DNA of 63,853 bases, counting the filler. It is 4 parts of 4 records of this genome, joined end to end, with 100 filler letters (N's around TTAATTAATTAA, not from the genome) between each part and the next. Parts side by side here need not be neighbours in the genome. Positions count along the whole stretch, not along the records: positions 48,187 to 55,425 come from DRR723986_7002; positions 55,526 to 63,853 come from DRR723986_7012; 2 more parts are not named here. One strand, 5' to 3'. Below are positions 49,686-60,849 of this stretch, piece by piece (position 1 is the first letter of the stretch; every line of letters starts with the position of its first letter). The translations under genes and the position numbers were made by a program. Under the pieces are notes generated by a model. The model did no database searches and was not told the origin of the DNA. It was given only the letters and a program-made list of their open reading frames with translations.

Positions 49686-50767
49686 CGGGCTCCGATGTCT
49701 TCCGGCGCGATGGCGACCGTCTTGATCACCGCATGGCAGGCCGTCCCTTGCGTTAGCGCAAGAGACGCGACCGATCGGCGTGTGACCCGGGCCAGCACCA
49801 CACCCGCAGGCGTGTCGAGCGACAAGATCGCACCGGGGCCATCTCCGGCGCGAATGTCGCGCACGGTGCCTGGCAGGATGTTGAGCGCCGACAGCCCGAC
49901 AGGCCGATCGCGTGACAGAATGACGTCATGGGCGGCAATGCGGATGCGAGTGGATTGACCCGGTTGTTGCGCGATGCGGGGCAGGAACAGGGGGCAGCCG
50001 CCCGCGTCAAGCTCGGACAGCCCATCCGCGTGATGTGCCACCACCGTTGCAGTCAACAGCGCCCCGGCAGACCGCGCGCCAAGCGGCGTGACAGCGGGAT
50101 CGGCCAGCACCTCTGCTGCACTGCCTTGCCGGATCACCTGCCCGTTTTCCAGCGCGATGACTGTTGTGGCCAGCCGCGCAACCTCGGCTGCCGAATGGCT
50201 GACGTATAGAATGGGGGTCTCGACCTCGTCCCGCAACCGTTCCAGATAGGGCAGAATCTCGGCCTTGCGGGCCTCATCCAGCGCGGCCAGAGGTTCATCC
50301 GCGACGATCAGGCGGGGCGCGGACAGGAGGGCACGGCCAATCGCAACCCGCTGTTTTTCCCCGCCCGACAATCCCCCCGGCCGACGTGCCAGAAGATGCC
50401 CGATCCCCAGCATCTCGATCACATGCGCCATATCCTCCACCCGCGCGCCTTTCGGGGCGAACCAGCGGCCATAGGCAAGGTTCTGACGCACCGTCAGATG
50501 CGGGAAAAGCCGTCCTTCCTGAAATACATAGCCGATCCTGCGCTTGCACGGTGGCAGCCAGATTCGCCGGTCACTGTCCAGCAGAACCTGATCGCCGGCA
50601 ACCACGCGACCGCGATCCGGGTTCAGCAACCCCGCCACCGCGTTCGCAATCGTCGTCTTCCCTGAACCCGAACGCCCAAAGAGGACGGTGACACCCGGCG
50701 GTGCATCAAACGAGGCGTCCAGCGAAAACCCCTGAAACGCGTGCTGGACAGATACGGACAACGTCAT
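49682..50767 (-). CDS. modC: Molybdate ABC transporter ATPase
   Basis: GRSGSGKT, LSGGEKQRVAIGRALL, SALNIL TOBE region. Confidence 0.96.
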   Translation of the reverse strand: MTLSVSVQHAFQGFSLDASFDAPPGVTVLFGRSGSGKTTIANAVAGLLNPDRGRVVAGDQVLLDSDRRIWLPPCKRRIGYVFQEGRLFPHLTVRQNLAYGRWFAPKGARVEDMAHVIEMLGIGHLLARRPGGLSGGEKQRVAIGRALLSAPRLIVADEPLAALDEARKAEILPYLERLRDEVETPILYVSHSAAEVARLATTVIALENGQVIRQGSAAEVLADPAVTPLGARSAGALLTATVVAHHADGLSELDAGGCPLFLPRIAQQPGQSTRIRIAAHDVILSRDRPVGLSALNILPGTVRDIRAGDGPGAILSLDTPAGVVLARVTRRSVASLALTQGTACHAVIKTVAIAPEDIGAR

Positions 50768-51456
50768 GAGCCTGACACCCGCGCCGCGACGCGTCTGGCC
50801 ACGACCTCTGACAGCAAGAGCGCCGCCATGGCAACAGCGACAGAGACGACAACCAGCCTCAGCGCCGCGTCTTCACCGCCCGGAACCTGCAAGAACGCGT
50901 AGATAGCCGAGGGCACCGTTCGGGTCTGTCCGGGGATGTTGGATACGAAGGTGATGGTTGCCCCGAATTCACCCATGGCCTTGGCGAAGGCCAAGATCGC
51001 ACCGGCGATGATGCCGGGCAGGATCATCGGCAGCGTGACCGTGGCGAAGACCCAAAGACGCGATGCCCCAAGCGTCGCGGCGGCTTGTTCCAGCTTGGGG
51101 TCTACTGCTTCGATCGACAGGCGGATGGCACGGACCATCAGCGGGAACGCCATGATCGCCGCGGCCAGCGCAGCCCCGGTCCAGCGAAAGGCAAGGACGA
51201 TACCCATCTCCTGCAACAGGCTGCCCACAGGACCGCGCGTGCCGAAAGTCAGCAGCAGCAGATAGCCTGTCACAACCGGTGGCAGGATCAACGGAAGGTG
51301 CACCAGACCATTGATCAGGCCATGACCGGGAAACCGCCAGCGCGCCAGTGCATAGGCAGTAAAAATGCCGAACGGCAGGCTGATCAGCGTTGCCCAAAGC
51401 GACACGCGCAGCGACAGGGCCACCGCCTGCCATTCCTCGGGTCCAAGCCAACTCAT
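50764..51456 (-). CDS. modB: Molybdate ABC transporter permease
   Basis: LPLILPPVVTG, GEFGATI. Confidence 0.96.
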   Translation of the reverse strand: MSWLGPEEWQAVALSLRVSLWATLISLPFGIFTAYALARWRFPGHGLINGLVHLPLILPPVVTGYLLLLTFGTRGPVGSLLQEMGIVLAFRWTGAALAAAIMAFPLMVRAIRLSIEAVDPKLEQAAATLGASRLWVFATVTLPMILPGIIAGAILAFAKAMGEFGATITFVSNIPGQTRTVPSAIYAFLQVPGGEDAALRLVVVSVAVAMAALLLSEVVARRVAARVSGS

Positions 51457-51460
51457 GCGC

Positions 51461-52249
51461 CTAGCCCCCCACGACCGAGAAGCCTTCGGCCTCGAACACG
51501 GCACCGGCCTCTGGCCCTTGCAGGAAGGTCAGGAAATCGGCGGCATCCTCCCCCGCCGGGCCGTAAAGCAGCGCCGCCGGATAGGAGATCTGCTGATGGC
51601 TTTCGGGCGGGAACGAGGCGATGACGGTCACATCCGGTTCCGCCCGTGCATCGGTCGCATAGACGATGCCAAGCGGTGCCTCTCCCAGTGCTACCAGGGC
51701 CAGCGCCGCCCGGACATTGTCGGTCTGGGCAACCTGATCAGACACCTGATCCCAAAGCCCAAGCGTCTCCAGTGCCTGACGCCCATAGATCCCCGCTGGC
51801 ACCGCCTCGGTCAGCGCCATGGCAAGGCGGCCCGACCCAAGCAGGGTAGCCAGATCCAGATCCGGCGACAGCAGAACCGGGGCCGCCACATCATGGGCGA
51901 CCAGCACAAGACTGTTGCCGAGCAGATCCCGGCGGCTGTCCGGGTCAATCAGATCACCCGCCTGAAGCAGATCCATCCAGTCGGGGCTGGCCGAGATGAA
52001 GATATCGGCAGGGGCCCCAAGCTGGATTTGCCGGGCCAGAGCGGAAGACCCGGCAAAAGACAGCACGATCTCATCTTCGCTGATCGCCTCATAGCTTTGC
52101 GCAATCTGTGTCAGGGCCGTGGTCAGGCTGGCCGCGGCAAAAACGGTGATCGTTTCGGCGCGGGCCGCAGCCGCCCAAAGGCAAATCGCCATCGGCAGAA
52201 GAACCAGACGCGAGACCAAGACCCATATCAGGCGCATATTGGCAATCAT
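51461..52249 (-). CDS. modA: Molybdate-binding periplasmic protein (start 52249 or 52237)
   Basis: FAAASL, SFAGSS, GAPADIFISA, VPAGIYG, GIVYATD. Confidence 0.95.
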   Translation of the reverse strand: MIANMRLIWVLVSRLVLLPMAICLWAAAARAETITVFAAASLTTALTQIAQSYEAISEDEIVLSFAGSSALARQIQLGAPADIFISASPDWMDLLQAGDLIDPDSRRDLLGNSLVLVAHDVAAPVLLSPDLDLATLLGSGRLAMALTEAVPAGIYGRQALETLGLWDQVSDQVAQTDNVRAALALVALGEAPLGIVYATDARAEPDVTVIASFPPESHQQISYPAALLYGPAGEDAADFLTFLQGPEAGAVFEAEGFSVVGG

Positions 52250-52251
52250 TT

Positions 52252-52275
52252 CGTTATATACTTATAAACATATTG
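52252..52275. promoter_or_regulatory. ModE-type Mo-box
   Basis: CGTTATATA-CTTATA-AACATATTG, AT-rich site filling the modE-modA gap. Confidence 0.65.
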
Positions 52276-52683
52276 TTATTCGCGCCTGCCACCCGTGTCG
52301 CCCCTATCGGAAGGCGGATCTCGCAGCATGGCGCGGATGGCGTTGATCCGCGCGGCCCCGGCTTCAGCGGTGATATCCTCCAGTTTGCGAAAGTGTTCCA
52401 GCACCTGTTCACCCATGTCGCTCAGACGAGCCCCACCGCCATTTGCACCGCCCCGAACCCGTTCGACAAGCGGATCCTGAAAGGCGCTATTCAATTGATC
52501 TACAAGGCTCCATGCGCGCTTGTAGCTCATGGACATGGCCCGGCCGGCAGCGGCAATGGACCCGGTGTCGCGGATATGTTCCAGCAAATCCGCTTTTCCG
52601 GGCCCCAGCATTGCCTCTTCCCCGAAGAGAACCCTCAGGCGAACACGGGGAGGTGCATCAATGGCAGAATTCGAGTTGGTCAT
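52276..52683 (-). CDS. modE: ModE-family winged-helix regulator lacking molybdate-binding TOBE domains
   Basis: GPGKADLL...TGSIAAAGRAMSMSYKRAW...GGANGGGARL. Confidence 0.88.
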   Translation of the reverse strand: MTNSNSAIDAPPRVRLRVLFGEEAMLGPGKADLLEHIRDTGSIAAAGRAMSMSYKRAWSLVDQLNSAFQDPLVERVRGGANGGGARLSDMGEQVLEHFRKLEDITAEAGAARINAIRAMLRDPPSDRGDTGGRRE

Positions 52684-52874
52684 GCCATAGCAATAGCCAT
52701 GATCAGGGCGACTCTGCAAGGCGGCAATATGTTTGCAAGAACATATTGCTGCCAAGCCGAACATCCTTGTGGCAAAGGAAATTGCAAATCAATCCAGCCG
52801 TGCCTTATATTATTTCAATCCATCGGCAATTGTCGAACCCCGAGGGGGTGTCATTTTGGGAAGGTGCTTTGCCC

Positions 52875-53822
52875 ATGTCAGATAGGCCGACAAAGGCGCA
52901 TCCCTTCCGCGTGGTGCAGGCGTTGCAGGCAGGCGATGCCGCGCGCTCGCCGCTGGTGGCGTCGTGGTCGCGCTCGGCGCAGTTGCACGGGCTGGATCCG
53001 TCTTCAAGCTATCGCCCCACACGCATGACCGAGGCCGAATTCAGGCAAGCGCATGAGCGGAGCGAGCCGCTGTTGCGCATTGCCGAACCGACATTGGACC
53101 GTCTGTTCAAACTGGTGCAGGGCTTTGGCGGGTGCGTGATGCTGGCTGATGCAGATGGCGTCCCCGTGGACCGGCGCGGCAGGGCTGGTGACGACCGGGA
53201 CTTTGCGGATTGCGGCCTTTGGACCGGCACCATCTGGACCGAGGCGCAAGCGGGCACCAACGGCATCGGCACCTGCATCGCAGACGGGCGCGGCGTGACG
53301 ATTCACAAGGATCAGCACTTTCTGGCCTCCAATATCGGGCTTAGCTGCACCAGTGCGCCAATTCACGATTCCCAGGGGCAATTGGCCGCCGTGCTGGATG
53401 TATCCTCAGCCAGCGAAAGCATGACCCGCGATGTGGCAAAACTGGTGTCGCAATCTGCGGCAGAGGCTGCGCGTCGGATCGAGGCCGACTATTTCCGCGC
53501 CAGCTTTCCCTGCGCGCGGTTCCTGCTGGCCCCCGGCGTCGAACGGGGGCAAGGCGCGCTTCTGGCCGTCGATGCGGATGAGCTGGTGGTGGGCGCAACC
53601 CGCGCCGCCCGCAAGCATCTGGGGCTGACCGGCGACCTGTCCGCCAACCCGGTGCCCGCCGCCGACCTTCTGGGCTTCAACGCCCACGAATCGGCGGAAG
53701 AGGCCGAACGCGCTGTGCTTTTGCGGGCTTTGTCGCGCGCCGGTGGCAATGTCTCCGCCGCCGCGCGGGCCCTTGGCATCAGCCGCGCCACCTTCCATCG
53801 CAAGCTTGGCCCACGCGCCTGA
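52875..53822 (+). CDS. GAF + Fis-HTH regulator (AcoR-like, no AAA+ domain)
   Basis: SWSRS, WTEAQAGTNGIGT, CTSAPIHD, GNVSAAARALGISRATFHRKL. Confidence 0.88.
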   Translation: MSDRPTKAHPFRVVQALQAGDAARSPLVASWSRSAQLHGLDPSSSYRPTRMTEAEFRQAHERSEPLLRIAEPTLDRLFKLVQGFGGCVMLADADGVPVDRRGRAGDDRDFADCGLWTGTIWTEAQAGTNGIGTCIADGRGVTIHKDQHFLASNIGLSCTSAPIHDSQGQLAAVLDVSSASESMTRDVAKLVSQSAAEAARRIEADYFRASFPCARFLLAPGVERGQGALLAVDADELVVGATRAARKHLGLTGDLSANPVPAADLLGFNAHESAEEAERAVLLRALSRAGGNVSAAARALGISRATFHRKLGPRA

Positions 53823-53838
53823 ATTTTCCCGGTCCTAC

Positions 53839-53858
53839 CTGTCTCAGATCTGAGACAG
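53839..53858. promoter_or_regulatory. Perfect 20-bp palindromic operator (AcoR-type)
   Basis: CTGTCTCAGATCTGAGACAG between the regulator and the aldehyde dehydrogenase. Confidence 0.75.
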
Positions 53859-53961
53859 ATCGCCCCCGCGCCCGCCTCACCCCCCGGTGACGCCGCCACA
53901 GCTGCCGGTCATCTTCCCTGTCATCGCCGCGAGGAGGCGGCATGTCACAGGAGGAGACACC

Positions 53962-55425
53962 ATGAACCAGATGGAAACGATTCACACCAAGGGCGCCCCG
54001 TTCCGGGCCCGTTATGACAACTTCATCGGCGGTGCGTTCGTGCCCCCCGTCGATGGCGCATATTTCGACAACATCACGCCCATCACCGGCGGCAAGATCT
54101 GCGAAGTGGCGCGATCTGGCGCTGCGGATGTGGATCTGGCGCTCGATGCCGCCCATGCCGCGAAAGAGGCCTGGGGCAAGACCTCTGCCGCCGAACGGTC
54201 CAACATCCTGCTGAAGATCGCAGACCGGTTAGAGGAAAACCTGGACCTTCTGGCGCAGGCCGAGACGTGGGACAATGGCAAGCCGATCCGCGAAACGACT
54301 GCTGCCGATATTCCGCTGTCGGTCGATCACTTCCGCTATTTCGCCGGTGTCCTGCGCAGTCAGGAAGGCACCATGTCCGAGATCGACGCCGATACCGTGG
54401 CCTATCACTTCCATGAACCGCTTGGCGTCGTCGCACAAATCATCCCGTGGAACTTCTCGATCCTCATGGCCGCATGGAAGCTGGCCCCGGCGCTGGCCGC
54501 TGGCAATTGCATCGTCATGAAGCCCGCCGAACAGACCCCTGCCGCCATCATGGTGCTGGCGGAACTGATCGCCGATCTGCTGCCCGCCGGTGTTCTGAAC
54601 ATCGTCAACGGCTACGGGGCCGAGGCAGGTGACGCGCTGGCCCGGTCGACCCGGATCGCCAAGATCGCCTTTACCGGGTCCACCGCAACCGGCCGAAAGA
54701 TCATGGAAGCCGCGACGGTCAACCTGATCCCCGTCACGCTGGAGCTTGGGGGCAAGTCGCCCAACATCTTCTTCTCGGACGTGATGGCGCAGGATGATGC
54801 GTTTCTGGACAAGGCGGTGGAGGGCTTCGTCCTTTTCGCCTTCAATCAGGGAGAGGTCTGCACCTGCCCAAGCCGCGCCCTGATCCAGGAAGACATCTAC
54901 GAGGAATTCATCGCCCGCTGTATCGACCGTGTGAAAGCCATCAAGCAGGGCGACCCGCGTGACATGTCCACCATGGTCGGCGCGCAGGCCAGCGCGCAGC
55001 AGCAGGAAAAGATCCTGTCCTATCTGACCATCGGGGTTGAGGAAGGGGCCGAAGTGCTGGTTGGCGGCGATGCGGCCCGGTTCAATGGTGATCTGTCGGA
55101 AGGCTTCTATATCCAGCCGACGATCCTGAAAGGTCACAACAAGATGCGGGTCTTCCAGGAGGAGATCTTTGGCCCCGTGGTATCGGTGACCACCTTCAAG
55201 GACGAGGCAGAGGCGCTGGCGATTGCCAATGACACGATGTACGGCCTCGGGGCTGGCGTCTGGTCGCGCGATGCCAATCGCTGCTATCGCTTCGGTCGCG
55301 CGATCGAAGCGGGTCGGGTCTGGGTCAACAACTACCACGCCTATCCGGCGCATGCGGCTTTTGGCGGCTACAAGCAGTCGGGTATCGGGCGCGAGACCCA
55401 CAAGATGATGCTGGATCACTACCAG
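53962..55425 (+). CDS. NAD-dependent aldehyde dehydrogenase (AldB/ExaC type), 3' truncated
   Basis: [45 protein letters not shown]. Confidence 0.95.
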
Positions 55426-55525
55426 NNNNNNNNNNNNNNNNNNNNNNNNNNNNNNNNNNNNNNNNNNNNTTAATTAATTAANNNNNNNNNNNNNNNNNNN
55501 NNNNNNNNNNNNNNNNNNNNNNNNN
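55426..55525. other. Artificial contig linker
   Basis: N44-TTAATTAATTAA-N44. Confidence 0.99.
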
Positions 55526-55551
55526 TGCACAACCGGCATTTGGACACGACG

Positions 55552-55557
55552 TTTATT
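55552..55557 (-). promoter_or_regulatory. Candidate polyadenylation signal
   Basis: AATAAA on the minus strand about 170 nt past the TGA at 55724. Confidence 0.5.
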
Positions 55558-55723
55558 GCAAAGTCGACGAGCACACACACTTGACAAACACCGCGCATGG
55601 GCCTCCCCACTTTTTGCGCCCCCCCCCCAACTTCGCTCATCCCACCCCTTGCCCTCCCCTTCCATTTCCCTTCCATTCCCCTTCCCTCCACCTAAACCAA
55701 GCCAGCGCACAAGCGGACTGCTT

Positions 55724-57864
55724 TCACTTGCGCTGGGGGGACGGCACGCGGTTGGCAATGGGGTCTCGCATCACCGCCGCGAGCTCGTCCTCGCCGAGCG
55801 ACCGCAGGTACACGCGCACGTCGGCCATGGAGCCCTCCAGCCACGACGAGTGCTTGTCGGTCTCGTACCTGCCCACGAGGATCTCGGGCGCGTGCGCGGC
55901 GGGCGGCGTGGTCTGGAAGCCGCGCTTGTCGCACACCTTGTCCGCAAGCGAGCCGTTGACGTACAGCGCCATGCACTCCTCCTCGAACACGCCGGCGAGG
56001 TGCGTCCACACGCCCGGCTTGGCGGCGGCCTTGGACTGCGGCCCGCGGAACTTGCCCTGGCGGTCCTGCACGAACCACGCGTACTTGCCGTCGTGCGACA
56101 GCGACAGCGCCGAGCCGAACATGCCGTCCGCGTCCTTGAGCTGCACCCCCGCGCCGCTGCAGTTGGCCACGGTGGTCGGGTTGACCCACGCCGTGACCGT
56201 CAGGTGGCCCGCGGAGCGCGCGAGCAGGGGCTTCGGCCCAACGTCCTCGCCCGCCAGGCGCACGCGCACCTCGCCCTCCTTGCCGTCAAGGTCCAGCGCG
56301 CCAAGCTCGTCCTCTGCGTTCCACCGACGGAACGACGCGCCCGGGCGGGTCGCCACGGTCGCGTGGCGCGCCAGCACACCGCCCGGCGCGACGATGGTGC
56401 TCGGGCCGAACCACGCCCACAGCTCCGGCGCGGTCTCCGCCTCGCCCTCCTTGCCCTCCTTGCGCGGCCGCCGCTTCCCTGCGGCGGAGGCGGAGGCGGA
56501 GGCGCCCGTCTGCAGCAGCAGCGAGTGGCGGTCGGCGGCGATGGCGCTGTCGTCGCCGCACGAGCACTGCAGGCGCGAGAAGAAGGTGTCCAGGAACGGC
56601 AGGGGCACGCTCTGGTAGCCGACGAGGCACAGGCCGTTCACGTTGTCCTTCTCCATCACCTTGCCGCCCTTCTCGTTGAACTGGTGCTCCTCCGCGGCGC
56701 AGAACTGGGAGGCGGACAGGGGGTACCAGACGAAGCGCATGTGGTTCTGGCTGGACACCTGCGCCACGCCGCCCTCGTACGACATGCCCATGGCCGCGCA
56801 GATGGACTCCTCGGTGCTCTCGCCGCCGTCGCCGCGCTCGGCGCTGAACACGGCCGAGTACAGGCCCGTGCCCTTGTCGCGCAGGGTGGGCACACCGTCG
56901 AACTCGCCCGTGCCAAAGCACTGGGGCACCTCGGCGAACAGGGGCTCGGGGCGGCACACCAGGCCCTCCTTGCGCACGAACGTCTCGTAGCCGGCCTCCT
57001 GGACGAGCGAGCTCTTGGCGTACTCGGTCGCCTCGTACAGCCAGCAGTTGTTCGGGTTCAGCGACTTGGTGGAGGCGAGGCGGTAGACGAAGAAACCGCA
57101 GCTCGGCGTCACGTCGCACTTGGACTTGCAGTTGGTCGCCGTCTCGCCCGCGTACGCCAGCGACAGCCACCCGGCGCCGTTGCTCGAGCGCGTGCCCGCG
57201 CGGCGCTCGTAGCCCTCGATCACGCGGTCCGACGGGTCGCCGCGGATCGCCGTGAGGAACAGCCCGCCGTCCTGGTCCTGCAGCCTGCACCCCTTGTCCG
57301 TGCGCGGGAAGGCGCACGTCAGCGTCTTGGGGTCGTACGAGAAGCCGTCGTTGCACCCGCCGTAGCTCTTGACGCACACCGCCTTGCACTCCTCCTCGGA
57401 CTTGCCGCTCAGCACGTTGCAGTCGCGCGGGTCGCACACCCGGTTGGCCTGCGCGTTCCACGCCTCCACCGACGTCTCCAGGCGCTGCACGTGCGAGATC
57501 ACGACGTTGGCGATCTCGCCGTCCAGGGGCTTGTCCGGGCGGTTGTGGCACCCGGACAGGTACGAAACGGCGAACTCGGGCGGCGCTGCCGCCAGCTCCT
57601 CGGCGGTGCGGAAGCGGTCCATCACGTCCGCGTCCTCGTGGTCGTCCGACGGCGTGGTGGGGTCGAACTTGGCGATCGCGTCGCGCGCGGCCTCGAACTC
57701 GTCCACGAAAATCACCACCTCTGGCGACGGCTTGCTCGGTGACATGTCCACCACGACGCGCACGTGGTACGTGACCCGCGGGGCAAAGTCGGCGCTGGTG
57801 CACACCGCGCTCGTCATCCTCCTCGACACCGACACGCACAGGCTGCTCATCGCGCTCAGGTCGT
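55724..57864 (-). CDS. Eukaryotic mosaic lectin-like protein, last exon (PAN/apple-like modules, C-terminal LamG-like domain)
   Basis: Codons almost all end in G/C; CKSKCDVTPSCGFFVY...CWLY; TVTAWVNP...WTHLAGVF...LYVNG...MADVRVYLRSL. Confidence 0.8.
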
Positions 57865-57978
57865 CTGCGTCCAACACAAGTGGGAGCGTTCAAAATGGAG
57901 TGTTGGGGGAACAAAGAGGGGGGGGGGGGCAAAGGGGGGACAAGGGAAGGAGGGAGTTCGGGAGTTCATTTCGCTCAC
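57865..57978 (-). other. Spliceosomal intron (114 nt, phase 1)
   Basis: CCCA|GTGAGC ... GACGCAG|AC; splicing joins the two frames as FRQP-N-DLSAM. Confidence 0.8.
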
Positions 57979-60719
57979 TGGGCTGGCGGAAGAACACGAA
58001 GAGCGAGTTTGCGCACTCGTTGACCTCGCCGCCGATGGTGATGAGGTTCATGGCGGGCCCCGTGAAGCTGTTTGCCCTGGCGTCGAACACCAGCGAGAAG
58101 GTGCCGTTGAGCTCGGTGCGGCCGGCGACGAGCTCCGTGTCGGTCCGCTTCTTGTAGTCCCTGTGCCACGACGGGTCCTCAAAGTCCCTGCTCGCGCGCG
58201 TGCCGTACACCTCGAGCTCGTCCAGCACGTTGCCCTCGTACGGGGGGATCACGCGCACGGCGGTGGCCCACACGGGGGTCTCGAGGCGGAACACGTGGCG
58301 CTCGAAGCTGGTCAGCTGGAAGCTCCCCACGGCGAACCAGTGCACGGGGTCGGTGGCGTGCGACGCGTCCGGCTCCATCGTGTACTGCACGTGGAACTTG
58401 CCCGTGTAGTTGGCGTTGCAGCACCCCACGCCGTCCGAGGTGCGCCCGAGCGCGATGCGCTCCACCACGACGGGGGACTCGAAGCGCACGCCGACGAAGC
58501 GGTTCCAGTGGACCAGGTTGGCGCCGGGGGACCACGAGTGGTCGTTCCCGTACTTGCCGTCGTTGATGTTCTTGAAGCAGTGCACGCCAATGTCCTTGAC
58601 GCGCGCGCCCGTGCCGGGGGTGTTGGCGGTGCAGCCCTCGCCCGAGCCCGACGCGAACGGCACGCCGCCGTTGGACGCCAGCGCCACGTCGTTCCACGGC
58701 GGGTGCGCCAGCACCTCCACGCCCTCCGCGACGAGCGAGTTGGGGCTGACCACGTCGGGCGTGGGCGCGGGCGTGGGCGACAGGCACTCGGGCGGCTCGG
58801 GCTTCTCCTCCACGGGCTTGTCGCAGTGGAGCACCATGTTGTACGGGCACCGCAGGTCGTCCCACCCGGCCGCGCACGGCGGGGCCGAGTTGTCGGTCCC
58901 GCAGTACGCCGCCTCCGTGACCGCGTCGCGCGGCAGCGGCTTGCCGTAAAAGGCGTACGAGCAGCGGCAGTCCGCCATGGTGGGCGGCGGCTCGCACGAC
59001 AGCTTGGCCACCTTCCCGGACGCGTCCTGGCACTCCAGCCCGTCGCCGCCGCCGCTGAGGGCGCAGCCCTTGCCGAGCGTGACGTTGCGCACGTCCCCGT
59101 CCCCGCACGCGAACGTCACCGAGAACTCCTTGTGGCAGCGCGGCGCCGGGTTGCCGAGGCGGTCCTTGTCCACCTTGAACTCGCACTTGTCCTTGCCGTT
59201 GCACAGCAGGGCGAGGCGAGCGCGCGTGTTGTCCCGGAGGTCGCTCTCGCAGTTGGCGCCGTACGACGCGGCGACGACGCGGATCGTGCCCGCGCCCTTG
59301 CGCTTGGCGGGCTGGCCGTAGATCTCGAACTCGTCGATGCACGACGTCGCCTCGGGGACGATGATGCGCATCGCCGTGGCCCACACCTTGTTCTTGAGCG
59401 CGAACACGTGGCGCGACGCGTTGAACATGCGGTACTCGGCCACCGTGATCCACCGCGCGTCGGGGGTCTCGTCGTCGGGCTGGCTGTCCATCGTGTACTG
59501 GAGCTCGAACCACCCCGTCCACCCGTCGTTGCAGCACGACTGGTTGGGCGGCTTCCGGCCCACCGCCACCTTGGCCACCCACGCGGGGCGCCCCAGCCGC
59601 ACGCCCACGAAGCGCTTGCCGTCGCGCGTCGCGGCGCCCGGCTGCCACGAGTGCAGGTTGCCGTACAGCCCGTCGTTGATGTTGCCGTAGCAGTGCGGCC
59701 CCGTCATCTCGCGCGTCGTGCCGAACCCGCCCACGCCCACCGAGCACCCGTCCTCCCTCGACCCCGTGGCGAACGGGATCGCGCCGTTGGACTGGAGCGC
59801 AAGGTCCGTGTCCGGCGGCGTGGTCAGGGGGTGCGGCTCGCTCACCAGCGTCAGCGCGTTGTCCGTCACCGGCCGCTCGGCTCCAGCGCCGGCGCCCTGC
59901 AGGCACTGGAACGTGCCGGCGCGCGCCTGGTACGCGTCCAGCGGGCACACGAACCGCCGCACCCAGTGCTTGAGCCCCAGGTTGAACTGCTCGTGCGTGC
60001 ACTGGGTGGTGCCGCCCCCGCCGCGGCGGAACATGAACGACGACGGCGCCGTGCGCACGGTCGGCTCGCACCCGCGCGGCGGGAAGGTCGTGCACGTGCG
60101 GTCCACCGTGTTGTACGTGTAGTAGCCGCAGGTCGTGGACGCCGCGCACAGCCGCCTGCAGTTGGTCTCGTCCATGTCGCCCTTGGTGTCGAGGAAGTTG
60201 GTCGCGCACTGCACGCCCATGCCCATGGTCTCCCACTCGTCCGAGTCGGTGGCGTAGCTGCCGAACTTGCCCGCCGTGACGTTGAAATCCTCCTTGAGCG
60301 TGCACCGCCGGGGCGACTCGATCCCTTGGAAGTCCGCCCCGGACACCCGCGCCCCGGACGAGATGGCCGAGTTCTGCACCAGCTTGTAGTGCCCGCCGCC
60401 CACGTGCCACTCCAGCATGTCCACGTCCGCGCGGAAGCCGTTGAGCGGCAGCGCCTTGCCCACGGGCATCTTGTACACCATCACCAGGCCCACGTCGGCG
60501 TCGGGACCGTGCGCCTCCTCTGCCATCACCTGGTAGGACCCTTGGTCCGCGAACGCCTGCAGCATCGCGTCCGGCAGGCGCTGGTCCTGCTGGTTCGGGC
60601 CCTCGTTGTTGATGATCACGTCCGACGGCACCGACGCCGCCAGGGGGGTCTTGCCCGACTGCGTGCTCACCAGCATCCACCCGCCGCCCGCCGTGACCAT
60701 GTCGCACCACACCACCGCG
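57979..60719 (-). CDS. Eukaryotic mosaic protein, middle exon (fibrinogen-like part, PAN-like, two discoidin-like repeats, SUEL-type lectin)
   Basis: VWCDMVTAGGGWMLV; CRRLCAASTTCGYYTY; ASYGANC...CNGKDKC...GNPAPRCHK. Confidence 0.8.
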
Positions 60720-60849
60720 CTGTTGTTGTTTTTTGTTTTAAAAACCACCCCCCCAAAAGGCATCATTGGTCAGCGTGAGCTCTCACCAAACAACACAACA
60801 ACCAAGCCCCGCCAAACAAACATGGGCTCTTTCGCACACGCACACTCAC
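60720..60849 (-). other. Spliceosomal intron (130 nt, phase 2)
   Basis: AAG|GTGAGT ... CTGAC ... AACAACAG|C; splicing restores SGYYRVTMGTTT-S-AVVWCDM. Confidence 0.88.

Noticed and set aside
55600-55700. C/T-rich low-complexity tract
   Set aside because: Fits a eukaryotic 3' UTR or intergenic stretch; no periodic repeat
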